Assembly (NCBI GenBank): GCA_965235115.1
Contig: OZ249436.1
Location: 12,712,001 to 12,776,000, forward strand
DNA length: 64,000 nt
Source: Laetmonice hystrix
Taxonomy: Eukaryota
Direction: 5' to 3'
Below the pieces are notes generated by a model that worked only from the letters and a program-made list of their open reading frames with translations, made no database searches and was not told the origin of the DNA. A program made the translations under genes and the position numbers. The first letter of the stretch is position 1. The number at the start of each line of letters is the position of its first letter. This document shows, in pieces, positions 15,101 to 27,100 of the stretch.

Positions 15101-18100
15101 TCCCACCAGAACTCCTGTGTTGTCACTTTTGGGCTGCTTTTGGGACTGGCCTCCCAGCGACATTTTGGGGTCCACTGATTCTTCCCAGCATTCCTGAAAG
15201 GGGCATGCTATGAAACACGTTTTTTTAGATTTCCGGCAATTATCCAACATGACCGTGTACTAGGGATCCAAGTAAATAATCCTACCACAGCATTTTGTCC
15301 TCCGACGTGTTTTCGCTGTGTATGCAGCACAAGTAGTTTCTATACGACCAAACCTATAGATTTCTCCCGATAGCACATCTCCCGCCATAATTTCGCGGAC
15401 AACCCCCCCCATCAACCCGTGTAATTGCATATTGTGTCACATCCTGTGTGTGCACTCTCTGCATGTGCTTAGTTACGTGATTTGCTTAGTTGTAAACAAT
15501 TCAGCAGTGGCACTCGATCGCCCGGCATCAGAATGCCACCCAAAAAATATTTTACGAAATCGGCAGAGAAGCGGGCAAGGGAGCTTAATAAACTTCGATT
15601 TCTCATGCAAAATGAAACTGATAAGTCTGTCTTTGTTTACTAAGCGATTTTAATGAAGGATCTCTTTATGAAAACAGCAAAAGTTCTATGAAATACCGAT
15701 TTTTAACGTTTCCTCATAATATGCCCCTTGAAGATCCCAGGGTTGTTATTAGATTACTACTATCTGAACCATTTACTGGGCCCATGCAGAAGTATCTCGG
15801 TATTAATAACACAGGAAACTCGACAACTAGAAGGAAACAGCTTTCACTATGGTCATAGGCATGAATGGCCCCCTCCTCAACAGAGGTGATTAGTATTAAA
15901 AGAGCACATCTACTGTCAGGTGCTCAAAGAGAGCCAATGCCATGTTCTAAAGTCCACCTAACCTGCAATGAGCGATCATGAGGGAGACGGGCGGGCGTTT
16001 CTTGTATATCTACATGCCGTTAACACTTAGTTGATGCTGATAGTTCTTCTCATTTAGAAAATTAAAGCAACATTTTCTTATTGATGAAACCTAATCATAT
16101 TTCCCTGACTCCAAATCCTCAATCTGGCTTTTATATCTTCACATGTTCATGAACTTAAGGACACGGGGGCAGATCTCAATTCTCATGGCACCGGAAAATA
16201 AGTATACGCACAGCCTTAATAGTTGTATCGTACGTTAATAAAATAACTTCCGAAACGAAATCTGAGAACGGTGGTTTTTAAATCCTTAATACACCATAAC
16301 ATGGTTGGTAAATGTCTATAATGAACATATAATCTTTCTGGGTGTAAATCAGAAGTATACAATTTAAAACTAAACATAAGAATTGTCTCTGACATAGGTT
16401 GTCTGTCCCTTATTTTGATCGAGAGTAGCCCATAGTGAAACTCGGGGTACGACAGTTATGGGACACCAACACTAGCTGCAAGCTCTCACTCTAATAAATT
16501 TGCGACTCACAACGTTGTCAACATTGAAGTTGCCAAATGTGGTGGTCACCACTAAACATTATTCAGATCACCTCTCCCCAGTGAATGAACTGTGGGTTAT
16601 AAAGCAGAGTTGCCTATTGTGACTGAGAAAAAACGTGCCCCGCCACCGCCCGCCTATGCTTGAATCAAGGCCAAACGCCAGCTACATACACCTCATGAGT
16701 CAGGGTCGCTGTGAATGTGGAGCAGACACAAGGGCGGGATGCTGACAGTGGGGCATCCCTCCATCTCCAAACCTCCTGGTGGACCAAACTATCCTTGCCT
16801 CTGTCTCTCGGCTCAGTCAACTTGGTATAACCATTCCACAGGTGGATGTACAACCTCACTGAGGAATGCCCAGTTGCTGGGATGATTAGGTTTCCAGGAA
16901 GCCATGATGAAATTATATGTTATAACGTGCATGTTACCCAGGATGTACACAAGACCTTCTTCATCTCTAAAGAATACCTGTATCATTTTCCACTCGATAA
17001 ATAAAAGAATCTCTCTCTCCAAATAAGCCTGCTTTTTTTTCTAAATGACGATTTGGCTTTGGATTGGGGTTGTAAGCTTGTACTCCTTTGCAACAGCCAG
17101 GGTCACATCAAGGTGGTCAGTTTTACGGGTCATATCCAGCTCAAGGGGGCTTCAACCCACAGGTGAGAGGCCCTGAGATACCTCCAACACTGGGCAAGTG
17201 AGACCCCTCAAAATGATAAACGACGTTCAAAAAAGCAAGCATCTGTATTTCACAACTGTCTTTAAGAAGCACCCCTCCAGACAAATACGTCTGTTAACAT
17301 TAATATGCTTCCTGATGAGCCATCTGGACGGTGTATGGTGATGGAACTGGAAGTCCCCCCAATTTCTTTTCCCGGATTTTAGTTCTGATCGAATTTCTGG
17401 CCTTTTTTTAATTAATAGGCTTTTCCTTTAGGGACAACACTTTGTCATGTGCCAGAACTGGGTATAGGTTGGGGTGCCTGATCCAGATGTTAACTTCCCC
17501 CTCAAAAACGTGAATCAAAACAACAGGTTCTCCTACACTAAAGGTAGAACTTCTTTCGTTACATCCCCTGCTGATGTCCAACACGGATATCACCCCAAAT
17601 CAACAGGTGACTTTCCCGCATGAGACCTCCTCAGCTCAGTTTGCAGGTCAGGGCAGGGGGAAGTTTGTTGTGAAGGCAACAGACGCTGAAGCTCTCAAAC
17701 TCAGCTCATCCTAATGCTAAAAAAAACGCTGCATCCCACCGATGCTTTTTACCGTGTTTGCTCCTTCTTTTTCTCCATGCCAGATGCCATGTCTTAGTGT
17801 GTCAAGGACATCAGGCCCCTCGTCATAGCTAACTCCCTCGGCCCTCTTCCAATCAGCTTCTGCCACATCATCCCTCCACAGCCGTCAATCAGACTACAGT
17901 CTGCCACGCCCACTTACAGTCGATGTTTTGCTTAGGTTACTCTACATACAACAAGCATATAGGCCTATGTTCTTCGGGCTCCATGGAATCCGGATTAGTT
18001 CACCCTTTTAATTTCCCCTTTTCAATACAAATCTTTAATGGACTTTAAATGACACAAACTTACTTAACTCTACAAAGGCAGGAAACTAAACTTGAAGATA

Positions 18101-21100
18101 CTTTTTCAGTTTGGTACGGTACACTAAATGTGTTATCTCATCTGTATAGGCACTGCTTCTTGTTTTATACAAGTCTATACAATTCTATGTAGCATAATTA
18201 ATAATGCTTTTATTACTACATAGTCGCTTTAGTGCTTGATCTGAAGATCTTCAGTTCATTATGTTTTCCTCCCAGGATAGGATTTCCTCTAGTTTTATCA
18301 TACTTTACACTGCTCGTATCTTCTCTCTAATGGCCTGATTTTACTCCAACACCGTTATGTACATGAAAACGTTCTGCTGTCACTTGTAAAATGTCAATGA
18401 TAATTTCCAAAATATAGATTAATCCACCTCATTCCATAGAATTTAGCACAGTGACATATCAGAACTTGTCAATGCCTTTAATGTGGTAACTTAAGTTTAA
18501 GGCTGTAATTGTATTAATTTAAGCCGGTCTCACATTGACAGATTTTTAAAAGTCGGCCGATTACAGGATCGACAAAATCGCCCAATAAAAGTCTGATATT
18601 ATCAGACTCTTTGCGATACCGATTTTCTTTGCCAATTAAATCGGCCAATTAAATCACACTAACCGATTTCCCCCAAAAATCAGGCGATTTTTCTATTTCA
18701 TCACCCAACTCATAAGTGGCCCGATAAAATCGGTCAATGTGAGGCTGGCTTAGCCTTAAGTCAATGTGTACCATGCTGTACATGAATGTGGGAATTTCCC
18801 ACAGTCACATTGATGTCTAGAAATCTTAATTCACTCAATAAACTGACTCATGCATGGCCATGGGTAAATGACCATGCACTGGAGGCTTAACTTCCCAAAG
18901 TATGATTTTCCTTCCTCATTTTCGAGTTGGGAGGGGGGGGGGGCGGCCATCCTGTATCACTCCCCTTCAGCTCCCCTAACATGGCATACAGTCCCGAGCA
19001 AGATGAATTTGATTAAATAATCATTTCATATGTACACTATGTGAAGGTAAGATCTCTCACTGTCACAGTCGAGTCCTGTTTGGTTATTTAATTTCAAAGT
19101 TTTCCTATCATTATTTACATTGACCGTGTGACCATATCATACCATACCTTCGAATTACATGCACACGAGGTTTGGCTGGATATATCAAGAAAGTAAAATG
19201 ATAATCCTCTTAAAGAACACCGAAGTCTATATTTATCATAAAATGAAGCTTATTTTCCACAAAATGGTTTACCAGTATATTTCATTTTCACTATAAAACA
19301 TTCGTATCAAAAGCAATTTGTGTATGAGCCTCAAAAAATCAGCCTTTAAGCGCTTGAGCACTTAAATCACATCCAGCTAAATATGTTTTGTGGGACTACT
19401 GCGATTGTTTTGAGGAGGGGGCACCATTAGAAACACTGAACGTCTTGTCATCTGCCCAGCCGCTATAGCATACATTATAATCAGTCTAATTAAGGATCCT
19501 ATCGCCAGTTCTCAAAGTTCACCATATCCAGGAGCATCGTGCAACAAAAGTGTGGTTTTTCTTTGACATTTGATTACATGTGTCTTTTTAAGACTATTTA
19601 AATGTCAAATGAAAACTGAGCCCCTCAAGAGCAGGGACCGGTGATCATATTCACGTTCTTTCCAATGGGTCCCGGCTTCAGTAGCTCTACACACGTGCTC
19701 AATTCATAACACATTCTTCCTAATGCAAATAGCTAAAGAGAATGATACAGCTTGCCTATTCTATAATTCGTCTATCAACCAGCAGGTCTCTTGCAATGCC
19801 AGAATTATTGTAGTCTGAACTACTGGGGTAAGTAGTTGAAACTCTTTACAGATACAGTATCGATAAAGAACCAAAACATACATGTATGCATGTATAGAGA
19901 GAGAGAGAGAGAGAGGCCGAGATGGAAAGAGGGAGCTCACAAATCAATATCATTTACCATTTCATTAAACTAAAGATACCTTTTTGCCAACTATTATATG
20001 TTTGCTTCTTTTTAGTTCAAAAAATGCAAGTGTAATTTTTGAGACAAAATGACTTAGATATTGTGGTCAATAATCCAGACAAATTTTCAGATTAATTAGA
20101 TAGGCAGGTATTCATTTCTTTCTGGCAACATGTGATATCAAAAGTTCTTTCATCTTATCCCAAATTCAGAAAAGTATACTTTTCCCATAAAAAGAATATA
20201 TCTACCAAGTGTGACTTTATCATACTTGGAAACTGTCCCAAATTTGGGTTGAGTGGATGGCAATGAAAAAATCAGGTCAAAAGTTTCTGGTGTATTTACT
20301 TTACACAGTAGGTGTTTGCATTGGAAATGGTGAAATCAATAGTTCTGGATAAAAATATCGTAGTTGCCATTGAGGTAAAAAATATACACACAATGTTTCT
20401 CTTGACTCTGTCGATGGTATGTATACAACGACGTATTATACAGCATGATAAATTGGCATAAATTCATTTATAATCAGGAACTTTAACTGACAAAGAATCT
20501 TATGATTTCTCTTTCCGATTCAGTAGTCTCCTCATGAGCTGTCAATACAGACAAGTGGCAAAGTTTCTCAAAGATATGCAAAAAGTAAACATTTTAAAAA
20601 TCTTATTATAGTACAATTAATTTCAATGCACAAATTTTTGTGCCATGGATAGTTAAAGTTGAAATGGTCTGACCGACGGAGACTTGGCAGGAAATGAAGC
20701 CAATGCACTGACTGACCTGCCTTCATGGGCGGTGTGTTTTTGGCAACATGCGAATTTTTGTCCTGCTCTCATTCCGAACGTTGGGTACAGAGTTCATAAA
20801 CAAAGCCAAAGCAGTGGCTGCCAGTTAACAAACAGATCAATGCTCCCGAGTTCGACAATTCACTGATGATATCAAGTAGCAATACACAATTTAGGTGAAT
20901 AACGCTCATGTAAGTATAGGTTATTCAACGGGTCTGAGGGGTGGTCGCAGGTGATAACCGATTCGAGCGACAGCGAGAATCGTTATCACCGCGACCACCC
21001 CGAGGATCCAGTTGAATAACCTACATACACCCCACGCGGGAAGATAGTCTGAAAGTGTTTCTGTTATAATTGTGTAGAATTTTGGGAAATGTCGGGTAAT

Positions 21101-24100
21101 TTTAATGGAAAACTCTGAGCGTGGAATAGCTGCCGCGATAACCACCCCATGGGATGGTTATCGTCGGGATGAGTAGGCTACCTCGGAGTTACACCGCGAC
21201 CATCTCTGAAAATCTAGTTGAATAACTGACATACACACAAGAGGGGAGAGAGTTTGAAACTGTTTCTGTTAAAATTGTCTTGAATTTTGGAAAATATCGA
21301 TAATTTTTAGCAGAAACTCTGAGCGTGGAATAGCTGTCGCGATAACCACCATGGGTTGGTTATCGTCAAGGGGGATTGGCTACCTCGGTGTTACACCGGG
21401 ACCATCCCTGAAAATCTAGTTGAATAGGCCTAACAGTTACTGACATACAACCATGAGGAAGAGAGTTTGAACGTGTTTCCGTTAAAATTGTCTAGAATAT
21501 TGGGGAATGTCTACTAATTTCGAGGAAAAACAAAGCTAGATCTGCACACATGCAGTGACCGACTGGGCTGACGATCACCACGCCTCAGTGCACTTGCCTG
21601 ACCACGGTCTCCAAATAGCCCTTGCCCGGTACGTCACGGATGACTACACCGGAGTTATAATGCTACTCACCGGTGTACCACGTTTGATGTACCACTCCAT
21701 TCAACATACCTCCGCTATGTTGAACCTGTTCAAATTACTCCCGCCAGTCACCTCCAGTTTCAGGGTCTGGGTTAGGGTAAGGATAAGTTAATGGTTATTT
21801 TGTCATTAGAAACTGAAGGGGGTCATTTGAACCTAGGTTAAACATGGGGGAGGGGTATATTTTGAATGGGGGAACTTGAAACTGTGTACACCGGCACTGA
21901 CAGAATGGGCCGTCGGGAGCAAGTCCTGCGGTGACAGGACGGTCTACACTTTTTCACCCGACCGACCGATCTTCACCCGAAAGTTCGGACGAAGATCGGG
22001 TGGAAAGTTCGGGTGAGAATTTTCCTTGGCGAACTCCACCCGAACTTTTCAACCGACAATGCAAATGGTCTACACTTTATAATTTTCACCCGACCGACAA
22101 GTTCGGGAGAAGGTCGGGTGGAAAGTTCGGGTAAGAATATTCCTGGCATAAGATCCGAATGAGACTGAGAATTCGGGTGACAGTCCGGGCCGATCACCCG
22201 ACCATTGCTGCACTAAAGGCCCAGAAATAACAAAGATCGATTTACGGCCGATTTTTCTCCATAGTTTTCCAATCTAGCAGTAATTAAGAAATACTGCGCG
22301 GATGGTTTAAAAGAAAATATCTGAACTCGGCCCGACCGCCCGACCAATTCACAATTTTCTGAATTGGTCAGATGGCTATCTGACCTCCACCCGAATTCGG
22401 GGGACAGTTCGGGCCGATCACCCGACCATTGCTCGACCAACCGAACTCCACCTGATCGCCCGATCACCAAAGTTCGGGTGCAGATCGGTTAGTGTAACAA
22501 GGGCTTCAGTGTGGATTAAGAAAAATATGCAAATAATATCCTATCACATTACCAACCGCGAGCGATAGCGAGAAAAAGATAACTCATTATTATTCGAAAC
22601 CTCCTACCCGAAGAATTCGAGGGAACCGAGAATTCTTGGGGTAGGAGGTTGAGAAAAAAAAAATCGAGGGGTGATATCGAATGAAGCCCGAGCGAAGCGA
22701 GGGTTTCATTCGATATCAACACGAGAGAAATGAAGGTGGTAGTGCGGACGGTGTGGCGGAGTGGGTAGAGCGTTCGCTGACCAGTCCGGCGATCTGGGTT
22801 CGAATCCGGGACCAGGCAAGCTTTCATGGTAAAACGACCCGGTTATCCAGAAAGAGTCGCGCGACTGGATATGGGGGCCCATGGGGTGTATGCCTCCATT
22901 AACCCACAATTACTGAAAATACTGCAGGCATTCCTAAATCTAGTGTAACCCTCATCAATTCATCTGCAGGACATCTGCAGCAAATAAATTGTTCACTTCA
23001 GTATTTTCTATTTCGACTTGGCAAGATGAGTGTTCCAAGTTTTGTTAAATTCTACCATCCATCTATGGCTGAAAGCCTAAAAACTGTCGAAATCTACAAA
23101 CCAAACCTATGCTAGATGCGTTACAACAGTTATAAACCCCAAGTAGTGAAGAATTGTCGAAGCTCTAAAACTTAGACAGGGTCACCATAACATGGTAACC
23201 TTTCTCACAATGACTGCCAGCTGGATTTTATCGTCAGTCTGTCTTTACAAACCTACCTATTCTGACTTTTAATATTATGCAAACAAATTATACACCATCC
23301 AAAATTAGAAAAGAAAATTATTACCCTTCTGGTTTTCCCATCAATCAAATAGTACTTAGGCTTAGGGAGAAAGGTTTGAAACCTTGGAGTGTCTCTTATC
23401 CGTGTCTGTGGGTCAAATGTCAGTGGGTCAAATGATGAAAGCCCAAGTTACCATCATGGCCAACACCGAGTCAGTCCCACTGAAGCACCTACACAACAGC
23501 TCTTCTTTGGCTGGCACTATCCTGGGACCCTATTTAGGGTGCCCTGTTAAAAAAAATACCTACATAGAGACAACATTCTGAAAAAATTTGCCCATTTGAA
23601 TAATTATAGGTGAAGTTGCCAGGAATTCTTGTTGGGCCCTTCAAAACGATTTATGAGCTTTGCAGTCCCTCATTATTTAACAAATTCAGACTCAGACCAT
23701 ATTCAACCAAATAGGGACAAGATGAGAGATCAAACCTTATTGAGCCCTACAGTACTAGAGTTACTCTCACCCTTATCGTTTATGCTGTTCGCCAGGGAAT
23801 CTCACTCAGTCTTAATGTGGCTCCGAGATCGGATCTGCAAGGTCGTGCTGATGCCATTGCCTTTTGCAGTCTTCTCTCGCTGCAGTCTTGGAAATCAAAT
23901 CTGTTATAAAGCATAAGGACCCAGCATCTCTAACTCATATTCTGAAGGAAGGGCTTGTGTGTTATAATATTTCCTAAACTAGTGCATAACCTTGCTAGAC
24001 ACTAAAGTCTCTATAATGGCTCGACTGATTTGGACAAAATTGCGACTATTTTCCCTATAATAAAAGGAATCTCTTACTCTTAGAATACTTGATCCAAAAA

Positions 24101-27100
24101 AAACTGCAAATCCTCCCCCCATCCTTAAAGTGTCAATGACATAATATGTGGTCTTTACACTAACAACAAATATTGGGACAAGTCAAAGCGTATGCCTAAT
24201 ATAATTGGACAGAACGAAGGTAACTTCACCTTCCCATAAGATGTGACTTTTCCTGACAACACATACAGCAGAAGCAGAAATTAAAACTCCATTCTCCGAC
24301 CCCAAATAATTGCAATTTCTCACAGAACACGACAGTGGTCATTTCTTCACCTTGCTATTCAATTATACACTGTCAAGCCATGCTGAACACATGCTGCTCT
24401 GGATGGGACTAGCTTCATAAGGTAGTCTTGTTGCTTCCAATGATAACAAGACAGAAAAGCCCCTTCTCTGAACACTACACTTTGTACAGCAGATGCAGTC
24501 AGTGGTTGCTACAACCACTGGGGGCAGAAGAGCAATCCTGTGACTATAAGTAGGTCAGATAAACAGGTGCCCGGGTGGTACACAGATTCTTAATTCCTGG
24601 TTCACAGACAGAATCTAATCCTTCCAAGATTCTTTTTGTCTTCATTGCTTGTTAAACAGGGATCACGCTATGAAAATGGGTTAACATTTGGATTGCCTTT
24701 TCCCAATGTCGTTCAAGCTCTCAACAAACATCTTATTTTAAATAGTACAATTATGCCTACCTTTATTGTATAGTTACGTGATGAACAGCTCCCAAGAAGA
24801 TCTCAAAGTACATGTATTCTGATTTGCAAGTGCGACAAGTGGCTTACAAGTGACCCTGCACTATGAATGTGAATTGTCATTTTTGTGATTATGTATTAAA
24901 GAAATCATTATGTCCCCATTTATCGTGGAGTTACTCGTTAGAAAATAAAGGAATCCAAGACTCTTATAATGACTTATGAGAAAATTGTATGGATTTCATT
25001 TTTTTAAATGCTGTCTGCAAATACTGTCCTTTGTGTGAGATGTCATTATGTACGAAAATCTTTCAAGGCTTTAATTTCAAGACCGAAATTTTCACCTTTA
25101 TGTATGTTTTTACAGATGCACAAAGAAGAACTTTACAACCCTGTTACAAACTGCTGCACAGTTTACAAACTCATGCTCACCAATTTAGCCCTTGAACCCT
25201 TCCAATATTTTTGATTTCATAATTCACAATTTACTCTACAAGGGTTGATTTAACAGCAGTGGACAGCCTCATGTTCAGTTAGGTAAGTGATACCTTTAGT
25301 GGGACAATGTAGCCATATGGTTGATCAATGCCCCCCCCCCCCTTGAAATTGAGAAAGTAAAATCATGCCTTAGGACATTTATCCTCCAGTGCATGATTAT
25401 TTACCCATGTTCAATCTGTTGATTATGCCTTCTTTCAGGAGCAACAAATTGCGCTCTCATTTTCGATTTTATGGGAAGGGACGGGAGCAAGAACGATCCC
25501 TCCTGTCTAAATAAGGTTTGCAATAGTCTACCCTAGGACATTTATTCCAGTGCACACAAGGACCAAGAGTTGAATTACGGACAACCACTACCATAGAAAG
25601 GGGTAGCCCGTGGACAACTGCTCCAAATGTGATTTGTCGGGCACTGTAAAATAAGATCTCACGCAAAGCAAAACATCTACTAATTTATAAGGATCAGAAT
25701 TGCATTTTTTTAGCTGTCTCGTCTGAGATGCCTAGATTGGATCTGGAACCCAATGTTTTCATAAAATTTGGTTCCCCTAGGATGCAATATTCATGTGCCA
25801 GTGGAAGACAGCAAATTTGGTTTTCACCAAGAGGCCAGCACTGGAGTTGATATAAAGTGGTCATGTAAACCAGGGCTCTCAAAAGTAGCCGGTCAGCGGA
25901 GGCAAAACGCCGTCTAAAACCAGTTTTGCCGCCACCTACTTTTTGTTGAATGACAAAAAAAATCTTTTAACAATGTTCTTTTCTCACTTTCCTGCACATA
26001 GGATCTGCACACAGCCTCGGCAGGTACCGGTACCAAAACAACATGTCAGTGATAACCAATTGCCCTCTCAGATGCCAGGAAATTGCATATCAGGGGGTCA
26101 TTTTTTCAAATTTTTTCGGGGGGAGGGCCCTTGGACCCCCCTCCCCCCGAGGGCTGTACCCTGCTACTTTCTCTTCTGTACCCTGCTACTCCTGCCAACT
26201 TTAAGAGCCCTGGTAAACTATCTGTGTTGGTTGTGCATATTCATGCAATCATTTCCAGAAAGACATAATGATTGGAGCATTGGATCCATATTTCCACAAC
26301 CTATCCGCAGCGTTCAAATTAAGCGGTTGTCTGGTTCTCCGAAACAACCTAATATGTAGTCGGACAACCCCCCCTTTCCAGCATGGTTGTCTGCGCGACA
26401 ACCTCATTTTTTTGGTCTGAAAACCAAGACCAGGAGTATGAGAAGAACAAGCGGCAAAGGACATTCCAAGCACTGTGGTACAATTCTGGACAAGAAGAAA
26501 TTCCTGCGCACAACCAAGGTTCATATGTGTTATTTGTTTTCTTCTGAAGTGATTAGGGGACCCAAGTTGATATTTAATGGGACCCATCAACCTTGATCTG
26601 GAATGGAACCCATTGCTCTAGGATTGAGCTGTTCCTAGAACCCATTCTACTTAATCTGAAAAATAAATTATTGGAATTGTAAGATGATACAGAATATGTA
26701 CAATTTTCTTCACAGATTGGCTAGAACAATCATCTTTTGTCTGGCCAATCCTGTGCTATTCTCCTGACCAACTATACCAGGCCTAGATGCTAGGTCACAT
26801 AGCCAACCCCAGTCACAAAATATATATATATTACTGAGAATAAACTCAACAGATATCAAAGTCAACATCGTAAACCACAATGAACCACCATTTTCAAAGG
26901 ATACTCGTTTGTCGAAAGGAAAAGGAGCAGTCCCTCGTGGTGATGCGTGTCTCTGTAGCTGTCGACTTCGAGCGTTGCTGTGCAACCGCTCAACAAGATT
27001 CTGTCGACCTGCACTATTCACTTTGATATCCTCCAGCGTGTGCAGGGCATTCTGCAACCACAACATTGCACATCTTCAGAATCACTTTTGACTTTGAGGC

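Larger units (their letters stand above)
12536..26904 (-). other. U12-type (minor spliceosome) GT-AG intron of CRTC, 14,369 bp
   Basis: 5'ss GTATCCTTT (26904-26896), branch ACCTTAAC (12553-12546) about 10 nt before AG (12537-12536). Confidence 0.85.

Noticed and set aside
17312..17356. CTGATGA hammerhead-like core
   Set aside because: No GAAA after the putative stem II and no stems I/III.
20917..22506. Regularly spaced repeats suggestive of a CRISPR array
   Set aside because: Spacers are not unique, the context is a eukaryotic intron, and there are no cas genes.
22746..22818. Possible tRNA gene
   Set aside because: A and B boxes are present but acceptor and anticodon stems do not pair; better read as a SINE head. 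tRNAscan-SE would decide.
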